Notes: a model not told the origin generated them from the sequence alone. DNA of 64,000 nt from Camelus dromedarius (GCF_036321535.1 NC_087437.1:42906001-42970000); one strand, 5' to 3'; counted from the stretch's first letter, positions 49,646 to 63,255 are shown. Made by a program: numbers and translations.

Positions 49646-52539
49646 ATCCATGGCCTTGCTTTACCCAATTACTCTGATTTAATTGTTTAGTAAGGAAAAA
49701 ATAAGGGGAGGGAAGATAACCAGATTTTTTATGTCCCTCAGTAAAATTTATGCTTCGTTGTTAGTTTTTTTTGTTAGATTCCTAGCCATCTTATATTTTT
49801 GTTTGTATTGTGAACACTTTTTTCTATTTTCGTGTAATTTTTTGTATATAGGAAAGTTTTATTTATATGCTGAGTGTTTATAACCAATCATATTCTTAAG
49901 CTCTTCTATATAGATTTAATCATTTTCAATTTGGGAATCATAATTTTATCTTCAAATAGTGATCTTTTTGCTCTTTCCTCATATGTGTTTAATCGGACTT
50001 TTCCTAGACCGTAAATTTCTTATCATTTTATGCATAATAGAAGTTTTCTTAAATAGATAGAAGTTCTTTGCAGTTGGAAAACTCTTAGCTTAGGTTGTGT
50101 AATTTGTATTTGTAGAAAAAAAGTTATTTAAATGGAAGTGTCCACAAAATTTATTGCTTTAGTATTAAGATAGATTTCTAATTTATATTCTGATTAACAT
50201 ATTAACAGATATACAATTACTAAGAGTGAGGGCCTTCTAAATATATTTAAGAATCAGATATTTAAGCTTAGATTTTTTTTTCCTCTCAGACTGTAGAGGT
50301 AGAAAATCCATGATTACACAGAATTCTAGAATCTACTAAATCCAAAATCCTTAAACAGAAGGTGGGGGTCAGGTGGGATGGGGAATTGATGAATTAAAAC
50401 TATTTATTATGATTGACTCAGACAATTTTAGACTTACTTGAATTACTCAAAATATTCTTTCCTCAAGTTTCCATTAATTTCGTAAAACCGTCCACAAGTA
50501 TCAAAAGCACAGCAGAGTCGAGTCTGATTTTCATAGTCTTGTTCTGATATAATACACGAGCTCTTTGCAGCAGTAGTTTCCAGGTTTTAATGTGCATATG
50601 AATTACCTGTGTTGGGGCTAGGGATTTGCATTTTAATCAAACAGTCCAGCTGACTGCAGGTCCGTGGGCCTCACCTAAGAAACACGGATTTAGAGTGAGA
50701 CAGTGTTTAAATAAATGTTTCAACGAGTACACTTTTGTTCCAAGTAGAGACAAACAGAAGTTTTTTTTTTTCCAATGAGGATATCAAAACTCACAGAACA
50801 GAGGGTATTGTGCAGTTGGAGTCAATTGCGCTCTTCTTTCAGAGTAGTCTGTTGATGTTCATCATCTCTCTGGGACTAAGAGCTAAGTTCCTTGAATGTT
50901 CCAATCCTTTTTTTTAGATTTTTAGAAAAATGACACAACATGAAATAGTCTAAAAGGAGTTGCAAAGCGACTCTAGTCTTTAGTTATTTATCCAGTTTTC
51001 AGTGTTTCAGAAGCTTTCTTCCAGCCAAGAGTTAAGTTCAGAATTATCTGTGAATAGCTACAAAGTATTGGCTATTGCTTGAAATTTCCTAAGAATAGCC
51101 TATGTTTTGAGGGTAATTACTTGGTCATTTAGTCTAATGTAAAACTGAAAAGGTGGTCTGACTTTCGCCCAACAATTTAAAATATGTTAGTGTTCAGTAC
51201 TGTGTAACTAATGCTCTACTTTCTCTGTTGGTCCCTTTGCTTTCTGTCACTTCTGAGGGCCAGAGCTGTGAAGCTTAAGGCCACTCAGGTTCCAAATTTG
51301 AGACAAATCCCCCAGGGCTCACTGGAGTGGCAGTAAGTTCTCACAGTTTGATTTCCTTTCAACCACTGAAGTGTTAGAAAAGCAGCAACAAAGGCTCCCA
51401 CGGATAACAGCAGTTTCGTTTCCTGACTGTCCACCATAGTGATGACTTACCTCTCTTATTCCATTGATTTTTTTGTTGTTGTTGAATAATTTTAATACTT
51501 TTCTTCATATAATACATGGTATGGTTTTCACAAACAGGCACAATCCTTTAACTGTGCTTTGAGTCTAGCCACTGTTTCTCACATTTCCTCCTTTTATCCC
51601 TATCATCTGCAGTAGAAAAGTTGATTTTATTTTTAAAGATTTCTTTACCCTTTTAAGCTGTTATTTTCACTTTAAATGTATGGTGTTTTATGTTATAAAG
51701 TTAGATCCTCTTTTAATAGTATAGATATGAATAAAAAAACCCCTCTTGTTCACTGGAACATTATTTTGTGATATTTAAGCATCAGTTCAATAAAAGAAAG
51801 TCATTTGTAGGGAAAAATGTAGTATAGTTTATGCCATGCATTCGGTCAAGAAAGAAGGCTAACATTTTTAATGAGGGAGGGATATTACAAAGGGGAAATA
51901 ATAGCCTTCGGGTCAGACAAAAACCCTAGTACCCAGCTGCTCTGCTTTTTTGTAACTCTATTCCAAAACAGACTAACTTACAATGACAAGGACAAACTCA
52001 AACAACGTATGATCTCCATTACTAGCAGCATTGTTCTTATTTCTGAATAAGATTAAAACTCCCTTTTAAATCAATTTATGAAATACTAGGTACTTTCTAA
52101 ACAAAAAGAAATTATTATTATATAGCCTTTGCTAAGAAATTAAGAAATCAGTTTTAAATGACTGACATTAAAAGCAAAGCAATTTCTCATTATCACCATT
52201 CAAAGACATTAATAAAGAAACATCTAGAGTATATTTCCCAATATTCAAATTATTTCAGAGTCTTTAGAAACAAACAAAAAACTGCTACTCATCACGTATT
52301 TTCTATTTGGTCTGGTTAATGGCTCATTCTTTGGCAAGTAATGCATGGCACACCTAGGAGTTCTGGAACATATTTTAATAACTCTGAATTTCCTACCACT
52401 CGCTCATTTCCTACCATCTCTCATAATTTGGGGACCCCATGCAATAGGGAAGCCAAATGGGGAAGACTCTATTTGTGCTGAAGAGAGTTGATTTCTTGGC
52501 ATGGGTTAACTACACATCCTCTTAGTGCTATAATATATC

Positions 52540-53010
52540 TACTGGTGATTATCCTTCTGTGACCCTACCCCACCCAGATCTGTCCTGCCCGTCTCTGTCC
52601 TGTTCTATTTCCTGGGAGGATGCCCTTGACCTCTTTGAGCTGCATTTAGCCAGGCTCCCTGGACAGCTAGGTTCCTGTTTAAATGCAAGATTCAAGTCAA
52701 TGGCAAGAGAATAGAGGGCAGTAGGAGAGAAAGTTTGGGTTATTTTTTTCCCTAGTCTTTCCCTCTTTGGGCCATGGTTTCTAGCATCCTTCCATGACTA
52801 CACCAAGTTTCTTTTTTCCACCCTCTAGCTCTGACTGTACTCCAGTGACACTATGTATTCCTCTTGCTCCATTTCAGGAAGTGACTTCTTCAGTTGCTAT
52901 TCTCTGGGTGCTGCAACATTCCTTTTTGGTTCCTTCTACCCTGTCCACACCTCTATAAGCTGTCCTTTATTAAAATCCTCTGAGTTCGATTCTGATTCCT
53001 GCATGATCCA
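52540..53010 (+). mobile_element. LTR33-like ERVL LTR
   Basis: cccagatc...cctgggagg...tgcatttagccaggctccct...caatggc...gagggcagtaggagagaaagtttgggttattt...ccctgtccacacctctataagctgtcctttattaaa. Confidence 0.75.
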
Positions 53011-54614
53011 CATAGCATGTACCAGAAATATGATGCAGTGTATGACACATTTGGTGGTCAAAATTCCATTCTTGGATATAGAAGTAAGGTGGGAAACCTA
53101 AGGAAGAATCTCAGAATATAATCTACCTAGAAAGTGCTTATGTTTGAAATAGCTTGACTCTTGCCCCCTACTGCTCCTCAGCACCTGCTTTCTCGGAGAC
53201 TACCACCAGGTCCTCAGCTCCTGGAGTTACCCACCCCCCACCCCCACTGCCACAGCCCCTCCTGTGGCAGTAACTGCTGCTTTCACCTTCACTGCTGCTG
53301 CCAGGACCCACTGCCTACTGTGATCAGAAGTCTTTCCAGGTGGGATGAAGGAAGATTAGGCTTTTTCTGGAACACTGGTAAAACACAGTTGAAGCTGTAA
53401 TGAAACATGCTTTAGACGTTATCTAGCACCCTTTTGTGCAGCCACTGCACTGCCGTCTGTTGAATCTTGGTGGATATGATGTGGTTTCTGATCCCAGTTG
53501 TGCTCTTGGTACTAGGCTGGTAGTTGGTTTTCCCTAGTCTGATCTGACTTTTTATTTGGCTTTTTGGAATTATTCTTTTCTCATTTGTCTACTCATTTTT
53601 GATTCTCTTTAAATCCTAACCTGCAGACCATGCTACCCTCTTTGTCTCCTCTATTGCTGTTCCTACCACCATCACTCTTGGTGTAGCCTCTGGGGATGCC
53701 TTTACTTTTACCGCCACCAATCCCTGCCCTTCACGTTCCCCTCCACAACCCACCACACACACTTGTGCCGTCATGCTGCTGCTCCTTGGTCCTCCATCGT
53801 TGCTCTTCTTGAGTCTGCCTTTGCTACTGTCGGTCACCCTTCAGCTACTGCCACGATTATCTCCACCACCAACTCTTTCTTACACCAACTTTCAGTTTAA
53901 CAGTCTGTTTCCTTCTGCATGGCAGCCCTTAAAGTGACCTCCCAGATACCTAGTTCCCAGAGATTATGGGGTTTTGTATTTTAAATTTTGTTTTTAACAC
54001 TGCAGACAGTACAAAAAGAGGTTACTTCTCAAGGATTCATTAGCCTGGGATTTATCGCAAGTGCTCAAGAATATATTTTTCTCTTAAGGAAACAGGAATA
54101 CACCTTTGATCACCTGATTATTTTGACATAAGTTTAATTTTTACAGTGTGTTTTTTTCCCTTCCTTTGGAATCTGTTTCCAGACCAAAACCCTGTTCATT
54201 TGACAGTGGAGAAAACCTTATATCCTGGATGCATGAATGCTTTGTACGTTAAAGTTTCAATAATAGAAATTCAATTTCCTGGTTAAAACAGGAGCAGAAT
54301 TTAAATAAGATGATGAAAAACTGAATCACATACATATTAGCTTTCCTATTAAAATAATATAAAGAAAAAATGGCAGAAATGAAGGAGATAACCAAAAGAA
54401 AGAGACCTGCCAACTTTCTTCAGAAAAATTTCCCTAGGTTCTGGGCTATACCACTAGTGTTGGGATTACACATACAGTGTGCAGCCTTCCCTATGCAGTG
54501 TATAATATAGCACTTAAAAAAATTAACATGATGTTGTGAAATGAACATGATCCTGGTATCTGTTAATACTTAGGAATCACTGAGAAAAGTTTTTGCTTAC
54601 TTTTATAATTTCAT

Positions 54615-54930
54615 TTTCAAAGTTTAGGGTTACCATTTTTAAGAAAGCCATGGACAAACTGTAGACGATTTAGGGAACATTAAAAATGACTCAGGAGTTT
54701 TAAAATGGGACCTCTGAAGAAGGCTTAAAGGAATTAGAATTATTCAGTAGAGAGAAAGATGAAGGTACCATTGCCTTTGGGGGATTAATGGGCACTGAAT
54801 GTTCCTTTTTCTTCCTTGAATGTAAGAAGAGGGAACAGTGATATATGTTAGTAAGAAAAGTGAAAAAACAGTTTCTATGTGGACATTTTTAGAATTCTCT
54901 TTTCTGAAGTTCTTCAAAAATAGACTTATC
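54615..54930 (+). mobile_element. L3/CR1 LINE 3' ORF2 remnant
   Basis: ccatttttaagaaagccatggacaaactg...tgaagaaggcttaaaggaattagaattattcag..gagagaa; tctctttctgaagttcttcaaaaatagact. Confidence 0.7.
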
Positions 54931-54939
54931 GGAAAAAAT

Positions 54940-55235
54940 TTCCAGCATTTCCCAAATTACATTCAGTAGAGACCTTTTTTTTTTTAAAGAAACTCATTTT
55001 TCTAAGATTTTCTTGATCAATGATGCTCAGGAAATGTTGCATATCCCATTCTCTTGTTGGAGGTGAGTGATACACGTTAGCCGTTGTAGGCTCTGAGAAG
55101 TCCTGGAAAGAAAGGAGCTTGTTGGAGTCGAATACTTAGGCAACAATGTTTATTTGCACAAGGAAAAAGAAATTCCCCCATAACACACGTTACATTCTTT
55201 AGTTTTCTCTTTAACACCTGTTTAGGAAGCACTGA
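54940..55235. mobile_element. Old hAT-Charlie-type DNA element (family uncertain)
   Basis: cagcatttcccaaa...ggaagcactg termini; internal ggctctgagaagtcctg. Confidence 0.45.
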
Positions 55236-58200
55236 TTTAAAGAAAGCCTGTAGAATGAATTTCCAGACCTGCTGAGGCTCACTGTTGGCTGTTAAGATTA
55301 TATTAAGAAATGGTTAAGAACATGTGGAATTTAATAGAAAGGATGGATGGGAGTTAAATAAGAAATAAGTAGGAAACTATACAAAGGAATTACTGGAGGT
55401 TTAGTAAATGCTTTATTCTTCTATTCCCATGAAATACGTGTACCAGGATGGAGAACACAAGGAAAAATGTGCTGGTTCCACATATTTGGAGAAGCTCAGG
55501 TTTATTTTATACTGTTAAAAGCATTCTCCATGCACCTGCAAAATAATGCATATGACGTGTATGTTAAATTTATTAAGCCACCACGAGGCCCTGATGTAAA
55601 CGCCTGGATGCCTTCTGCATTAATATAATTTTAGTATTTTGAAATAAACCTATTTTTATTATAGAAAATTTTACTGTAAAAAGTTGAGGTGTGTATTAGC
55701 CCTTTCAACTTCAAAATCATGACACTTGCATTTAGATTATGTAAAAATATGTATAAATAGCAATTAGCTTAAAATTGGAGGAAAGAAAGTGTCCTTATAG
55801 GTTGGAAAAATGCCAACAACATTTAGGAGCTAATTCTGTCACCTAGTTTCCTTCTTGCAGTGATTTATGTTGAGTACATTGTCAATTTGCTCTTGATTTT
55901 AAAATCATTAAATATTGAAAACTGTAATGCTACAAAGAACTAGAAAGGATTTTTCAAAGTATGAAGAGTATTGAGTTACTATAGTTGTATTTAAAATGGG
56001 TTGAATGGTTATTTTTCCCCTTTGAAATACTAATTTTATTTTTCATCTAATTCTTTCCAATTATTTTCATTCTAGGATTAGCTTGGTTTAGTCCCTACTT
56101 TTAACAAAGGATATCCATATACAAGGATCACATTTCCCTTGTATCCATCTAAAAATAATGTGTAACAAGCAAAGTGTGTAGTATTCTCCAGGGAAGGAGA
56201 GACTCCTACAGACTGATTTTTGTAACTTTGCTTTTTACACCATAAATGACTGTATACAGATGTCTGTGTTAAAGGGTTTAAATTTCATGAGAGTTTTCTT
56301 GTATATGTTCAGTAATTAATGAATCTTTACATTAGACTTGAAACAACTGTAGAATATATTTTCATGATTATATTAAAACTTAAATTACATTCTTTTTGAA
56401 ATGTACTTGATTTATTAAAGTTTTAGAAGATTTCATGACAAGCACTATGAGAGACAATGAGACCTAGGGTTCTTGAATTTAAGAATATTAATAACCTATC
56501 TCTTTTTAGTAGTAGTTATAAATCTTTTAAAATTTATACTCTGCCTGATTTTATATATGTGTGTGTGTATATATGCATATACACTTAATTAAGCCAGCAA
56601 CCTTCAGTATTAGCAAAATATAATTTTATAACTCTGTATAACCAGTTTAGAGGAAAGACAGAGTGGTTTGAAGCTAGTTGGTGTAATAAAGCATTTACAT
56701 CACTAATCCTTCTAGGGGATGCAGTTAGTTATGTATTTTAAAGGGGAAACACAAAATTTTAAATTGAATGTCCTGTTTTTATTTTTTCCCTTTGATAACA
56801 TGTATTCATAAAAGGATAAATTGAAGCTTTTGTGATTAAATTATTGTTTTTTTAAAAAAATGTACCTTACTTCCAATACTGTTTTACACAACTGTACCAA
56901 TTTCGATTTCTATTGCCTTCAGATTGTTCTAATGAGAAGGGAGAAAGGAGTAAATGACATATGTTTCTATTTGCAGTATCGGTGAGATTTGGCCTCGAGC
57001 CTCTGTAGATCACCTGGTTGACTACATAGAAACCCCTGGGTATATGCTGCCCCATAGCAAATCTTTTAAATTTACTTTAAGACTTAGACTTTGAATATCT
57101 AATTCTCAACTTATAGCAATATGGACTTTTCTGACAGTTTGTGAATTTCCATTGCTTTAGGAGGAAAAAATTGTAAACACTAATGTTAAGGTGGGAATTT
57201 TTTCTAGAGAACAATTTCATTGTATTTTCTCAGTAAAAAGACTTTTATCCAATTAATCCTGTAACCATTAAGTACTGAAAATTGTAATGCTATAAAAACA
57301 CCAGAAGGGATCAAATTCCTTCAAGGTAACACACTTTTGTTATAGATCATTTACATCTACTCGTACTTACTCATTGACAGCATGTCACTCTGTAAATGTT
57401 GACTTAACTGACAGTGAACATACTTTCGTGGCTAATCAGCTGTAAACAATTGAATTGACACTTTGATATTTATATGCTCGTAATTTTTGTTCCACTTTAT
57501 TTTTGATGATACTGATATGTAATTTTAACTTGAAAAAAATCTGCAAAAAATACAGTTTGAAAAACGTAGCCCATACTGGGCATCTTTTAACAGATCTTGG
57601 CAACATTACTAGAATACCATACAAAAATTATAGATATTCAAAATTACAGGCCTGTTCATAAAACTCTGACTTAAAACATCTTTTCAGAAAGTTCAGTGTC
57701 TGCTTTTTTAAGGTTATTATGAAATCTCTTTCATATTTGATAGTATGTTGTATGCCTAGGTACAACCATTGATAGGTTTCTATGGCTACCTCTCTGTGTA
57801 GCAGAAGGAGAGCAGGTAATGCTGCTCATCAGAATGGATAGACTCTAATACCCGTAAAATGGAAGATAAAACTTAGGCTTCTGCTTGAATCAAATGAGCC
57901 ACTGATGTAATTTCATGCAAGTTCAGGATACATTTATTCCACCTGTATTTTTGCCATTCTCTTCTTCCAGTCTTGACACGGTACCTTTTGCATAGTTGAC
58001 TGATGATCTAGGTATTAACAACTGTTACTTTATGTACAAATGTGTAGATTTTGATCTTTAAAAACTGCCCGCCCCTGACTCTTTTCATTATATAAAAATA
58101 AAATCAAAACCCAGAAATATTTCTTCTTTATTTTACTGTCTTCAACTTAGTTGCCTTGAAGAAAATAGGTAATGATCAAAAAGGTTAATATTTGAAAATG

Positions 58201-58829
58201 CCCTGATCATATTGGTTTATTTTTTATGATATCTTATAAAATCTTCAAAGGCTAGATATTCACAACCATAGGCTTCAGGATCATACTGAGATAATGAATT
58301 TATTTACATACATGTGTATATTATATTTTATAGTTTATTAAAAATTTTTAAATGTTTGGTTTTGTGTTTTGTTCCACTGCTTCAGAAACGCAAATTATAA
58401 GGAAATATGTAAAGAAAACTTACTCATGTGAAGAACCATCATGGTTTTCTGTTAATCAGCGCCTTTTCTTTTATTTGATATTATAGTAGAATGATCTGTT
58501 CCATATGTATAGCATTTCCAGGTTAATTAAAGCTTAGTTCCCAGGCTCAAAACAACATTTCAGGGAAGACATCCATGTTTCAAATTACAAAAGCAAAACC
58601 TGAGACTTGGAGAGATTAGGTATTTTGCCCGTGATCACACAGCTTGTAAATGGCTGAACTGACTCCAGTTTTGAGCTTGTTGCCTTCCCCATGCAGTGAG
58701 CTCAGTTGTTACCCTCCGCAGTAATACACTGACGCTTTCAGATCCCGCTGAGGTATGTTGGACGGTTTTCTTATACACTAAATGGCTTCAGATTGCTAAG
58801 CCTTTGGAACCATTGTGCTTTTTGTAGAT

Positions 58830-59200
58830 CAGCAGCCTTCTTCTCCATCCTTGGTTGATTCCGCTGGGGTCTGTTTTCTTTGTGTTTGCACCAGGGCAGC
58901 TGAGCACTGTTGAAGGAGATCAGAAAACAGAGGAATTTGGGGCCACTTTAAATTCACAGTGACCAACCTTAGCTGAGCTCTCAGCACAGCCTTAGCAATT
59001 CTGTGGCCCTTCTCTGGTCTCCTGCTCTGTGCAATGAGGATTTCAGAGCTTTTCCACCTTAAGCAGACATTTGATCTATCCCTCCTCTCTCTTACTGTGA
59101 ATAGATGACCCCTCTTTCTGCTTTACAAAGAAAATAAAAGCTATCAGATATAAATTCCTGTCAACTTTCTTGCCAGCATTCACATTCAAATTTTCTTACT
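58830..59200 (+). mobile_element. L2 internal remnant
   Basis: gggcagctgagcactg...ccactttaaattcacagtgaccaacct...agatgacc...aaaataaaagctatcaga. Confidence 0.6.
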
Positions 59201-59463
59201 GCTGCATTAAAATGAAACTCATATTTTTGTTGAAAACTTACAATATATAAACTTTATTCTATGCATTGTGTGTGTAGATATGAACAAGCTAAACTAGTCT
59301 CCTGGTCTCATGGAGTTATCATTCTATAGTAGAGACAGAGAGAAGACTCCTATATAAATTAAATGTAAATCACAATTAAAAAGTGGTAAGTTCTAGGAAA
59401 ACAATAGAGGAGGTATGGGAGAAGGCAGCACTTACTAGAGTGGCAAGGAAAGGTGCTTCTTGG

Positions 59464-59690
59464 GAAGCAGTATAGCGTGGTGGTTAAGAATATAGACTGA
59501 GATCCAAATTCCACCACTTACTGGCTGGGAAACCTTGAGCAAGTTACTTAAACTCTGTTCCTCAATTTCCTCATTTGTAAAGTTGGAGCCTTAACAAGAC
59601 CTTTATAATAAGGTTATTGTGAAGATTAAATATATGCAATGAGTTTAGAATAGTGCCTGGATTATAGGAACTGTTCAATGATCACAGCTA
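59464..59690 (+). mobile_element. MIR SINE
   Basis: gcagtatagcgtggtggttaaga...accttgagcaagttacttaaactct...cctcaatttcctcatttgtaaa...gtgaagattaaat...atagtgcctgg. Confidence 0.88.
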
Positions 59691-59691
59691 T

Positions 59692-60167
59692 TGGAGCTGT
59701 CAAAGATCAATTAGCACTCAAAGGAGTTCAACTGAGGAGAGTTTAATGAAGTAGGTATTTATAGAGGCATGGACGTAGCTAAGGGAACTAGCAGGATATG
59801 GCATATCACCCAGGTGGGAAGCCATTATTCCCTTTAAGCCCAAAGGGACAAAGAGAAGGAATGATGTTATTTACCAGAGCTTGTAGGAAGGAGCAGTAAC
59901 TATGGTAGAAATTTCCCCCTAACAAGAGCTGACATGATGGAGAAGCTCAGCCACTGTTTGAAGAGTGGCTTGAAAAGAAAATGGTAATATCCTGATCTCT
60001 CTCTTCCTACTCTTCAGTCTCCCGGCAGTGTTCACTATCAGGGCATCCACCTAGAATTCAGGGACAAGAGAGTTTAGATGCGCCATCATTGGAGGTCATC
60101 CTTATAAGACACAGAGCAAGGGAGAGAAGGGTCGAGAATAATTTGGGGAAGACAGTAGACAATCAGC
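59692..60167 (-). mobile_element. LTR33-like ERVL LTR, antisense
   Basis: gagagtttaatgaag...tatttatagaggcatgg...taagggaactagcagg...cctgatctctctcttcctactcttcagtctcccggcagtg...acacagagcaaggg. Confidence 0.7.
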
Positions 60168-60782
60168 TGTCATCATCATTGTCATCATCATTGCCATCAT
60201 TATTATTATTTTGCCATTTTAAAATTGACAAATTTTATTTTTTAAAGAAATAATTCAGGTTTTACTTTTCAACTTTTTAAATTAGAAAATCTGCAAAAAA
60301 TGTATAGAAAGTGCCTATAATCTTCAAACCCAGTTAAATTTATGCCATTTCAAAATTGTCATATTTTGTTATTTGTTTTATTTTTATGATTTGATATGCA
60401 TATGCATTGGGATATCATTGTCATTGTCATAAACTATATTTGAGCTGAGAAGTCAAGCTGTTCAGAGATCAGGAGAAATAGTACCAGAAAGAGAGAGAAG
60501 TAGGCGTCAGTGCTCTGAAGTAGGCTTGCTGCATTGGTTGTGCAGATTTTGGAGAGGCTGGTATTCACGGAGGCTATGTTCACAAAGTGGAGGGATGAGT
60601 GTGGTTTGAATAAAATAAATGAGGGAGAGACACAACTGAAGAGACAGACAGGGCCAGGTTATCTAGGTTCTTATAAGTCATGTGAAGGAATTTGAATTCT
60701 ATTTTAAATGTAATAGGAAGGCCCTGAGATTTTAAATGATGAAGTGGCTTGATCTGGTCTATATTGATAAAAGACAACTTTG

Positions 60783-61257
60783 TGGTATTTTATTTTTATT
60801 TTTTTTTAATTGAAGTATAGTCAGTTTACAATGTTGTGCCAGTTTTCTGGTGTATAGAGTAATATTTCAGTCATACATATATGTATCTTCCTTTTCATAT
60901 TCTTTTTCATTATAGGTTACCTACAAGATATTGAATATAGTTCCCTGTGCTATACAGTATGAACTTGTTGTTTGTCTGTTTTATATATAGTAGTTCGTAT
61001 CTGCAAATCTCGCACTCCCAGTTTATCCCCTCCCACCCTCTTCCCCCACTGGTAACCGTAAGTTTGTTTTCTATATCTGTGATTCTGTTTCTGTTTTATA
61101 AATAAATTCATTTGTGTCTTTTTTTAATATTCCACATATAGGTGATATCATATGGTAGTTTTCCTTCTCTTTCAGGCTTACTTCACTTAGAATGACAACC
61201 TCCAGTTCCATCCATGTTGCAGCAAATGACATTATTTTATTTTTTATGTCTGAGTAG

Positions 61258-61315
<58 letters not shown>

Positions 61316-62233
61316 TATACACCACAACTTCTTTATCCAGTTATCTGTCGATGGACATTTAGGTTGTTTCCATGTCTTGGCTATTGTAAATAGTGCTGCT
61401 GTGAACATTGGGGTGCATGTATCTTTTTAGGTTAGAATTCCCTCCAGATATATTCTATGCATTGTGTGTGTAGTGAGTGGGATTGTGAGTGGGATTGCTG
61501 GATCATATGAAGTCTATTTTTAATCTTTTGAGGAATCTCCATACTTTTTTCCATAACAGCTGCACCAAACTGCATTCCTACCAGCAGTGTAGGAGGGCTC
61601 CCTCTTCTCCACACCCTCTCCAGCATTTATCGTTCATGGACTTTTGAATGATGGCCATTCTGACTGGTGTGAGGTGATGACCTCATTATAGTTTTGATTT
61701 ACATTTCTCTGATAATTAGCAATATTGAGCATTTATCATGTGCCTATTGGCCATTTGTATGTCTTCATTGGAGAATTGTTTGTTTAGGTCTTATCATTTT
61801 TAGATTGTGTTGTTTTGTTTTTGTTTATTGTTGTTGTTATTAATTTGTGTGAGCTGTTTATATATTCTGGAAATTAAGCCTTTGTCAGTTGCATCATTTG
61901 CAGATATTTTCTCCCATTCCGTAGGTTGTCATTTGTTTTGTTTATAGGTTCCTTTGCTGTGCAAAAGCTTATAAGTTTAATTGGATCCCATTTGTTTATT
62001 TTTGCTTTTTTTTCTATTGCCTGGGTAGACTGCCCTAGGAGAACATTGCTAAGATTTATCAGAGAATATTTTGCCTATGTTTTCTTCCAGGAGGTTTATA
62101 GTGTCTTGTCTTTTCTGTTTAAGTCTTGAAGCCATTCTGAGTTTATTTCTGCATATGTTGTAAGAGTGTTCTAACTTCGCTGATTTACATGCAGCCGTCC
62201 AGCTTTCCCAAACACCACTTGCTGAAGAGACTG
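60783..62233 (-). mobile_element. Young, 5'-truncated L1 (camelid-type) with 17-bp target-site duplication
   Basis: Identical gataaaagacaactttg at 60766-60782 and 62234-62250; T-rich tail at the left end; ORF2 C-terminal remnants ([33 protein letters not shown]). Confidence 0.95.
61258..61320 (+). repeat. Compound (TA)n(CA)n microsatellite within L1
   Basis: Read directly from the sequence. Confidence 0.95.
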
Positions 62234-63255
62234 GATAAAAGACAACTTTGAATGCTACCTGGAGACTGAATTGTGGGCAGGCAGACCTAGTGGTAGGAAA
62301 GTTGTCACAGCGGTCTTGTGAGAGATGATGGTGGCTTGAACTAGTGTGGAAGTAATGAGAGATATGTGGACTGAATCCGGTTACATGGGAAGTAAAGCCA
62401 ATAAGGCTTTATGATTGATTGAATATGGGAAGAGTTGGGGATGATGAAAAAAGAGGAATCAAGGATGATTCCAGGTCTTTGGCTTAAGCAACTAAGTAGA
62501 TGAGATTGGCATTTACCAAGAATGAAAGCCTGGAAATAGAAGAACTGTCTGTATTTTTCATTCGTGTTTGGGCAGCTGGGGAATGGCAAGAGTGGAGGGA
62601 GTGAAATGTGGGAATTGCAGAATCAAAATAGATGTCTCGGAGGCAAACAAGTAGACATACTATATTAGGGAGATAGTCTAGCAGTCAGTGGTGAATGAAG
62701 ACCTGAAATATACATTTAAAAGTCATCATCATATGGATGGTACTTAAAGCTATGAAAAGTACAGTTAAAGAAGAGGACTAAGGATTGAGCCCCTGGCTCT
62801 GCCTCATATTGAGAAATCTAAAAAAGGTACAGACAGCATAGGAGAGTGAGAATAAGCTGACAGTGAAGTAGGAGGGAGACCAGGAATGTTTATGACATGA
62901 ATGTCCAAAAAAGAAAATGTTTTAGGAAAGGAGTGATATCCGGTGTCCCGTGGAGCTGTACATACCATCTCCTTTCAGTTTCAGGAAGCTTTTGCTAAAG
63001 TTGATTCTTTTTTCCTCTGTATCATTTGTCTTCTCCTTTGTGTTCGATCCTTCCAATTATCACTTAAGCATGTTCAGATCTTTTGTCTCTTAAAAACAAT
63101 AAGCAAACAGAACCAAAAAACACATATCTCTCCCCAAACTCCAGATCCAGCAACTTCACCACGCCTCAGTATTTCAGTCATTTCTAAGAGCAGTCTAAAC
63201 TCTCTCTTTCCAATTCTTTATCACCCAGACAGTTCTTAATCCACTTAAACTGAGT

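Larger units (their letters stand above)
60430..62940 (-). mobile_element. L2, antisense; host of the young L1 insertion
   Basis: aaggaatttgaattctattttaaatgtaataggaag before the L1; gagagatgatggtggcttgaactag...aggaatcaaggatgattccaggtctttggcttaagcaact after it. Confidence 0.8.

Noticed and set aside
53150..53890. C/T-rich region with cca/ctg triplet flavour
   Set aside because: No consistent period or ORF; probably decayed simple repeat or very old LTR, and not assignable.
56028..56220. Strong-looking 3' splice site (tctag|gatta at 56075/56076)
   Set aside because: No convincing downstream donor and no recognisable coding frame; not enough to call an exon.
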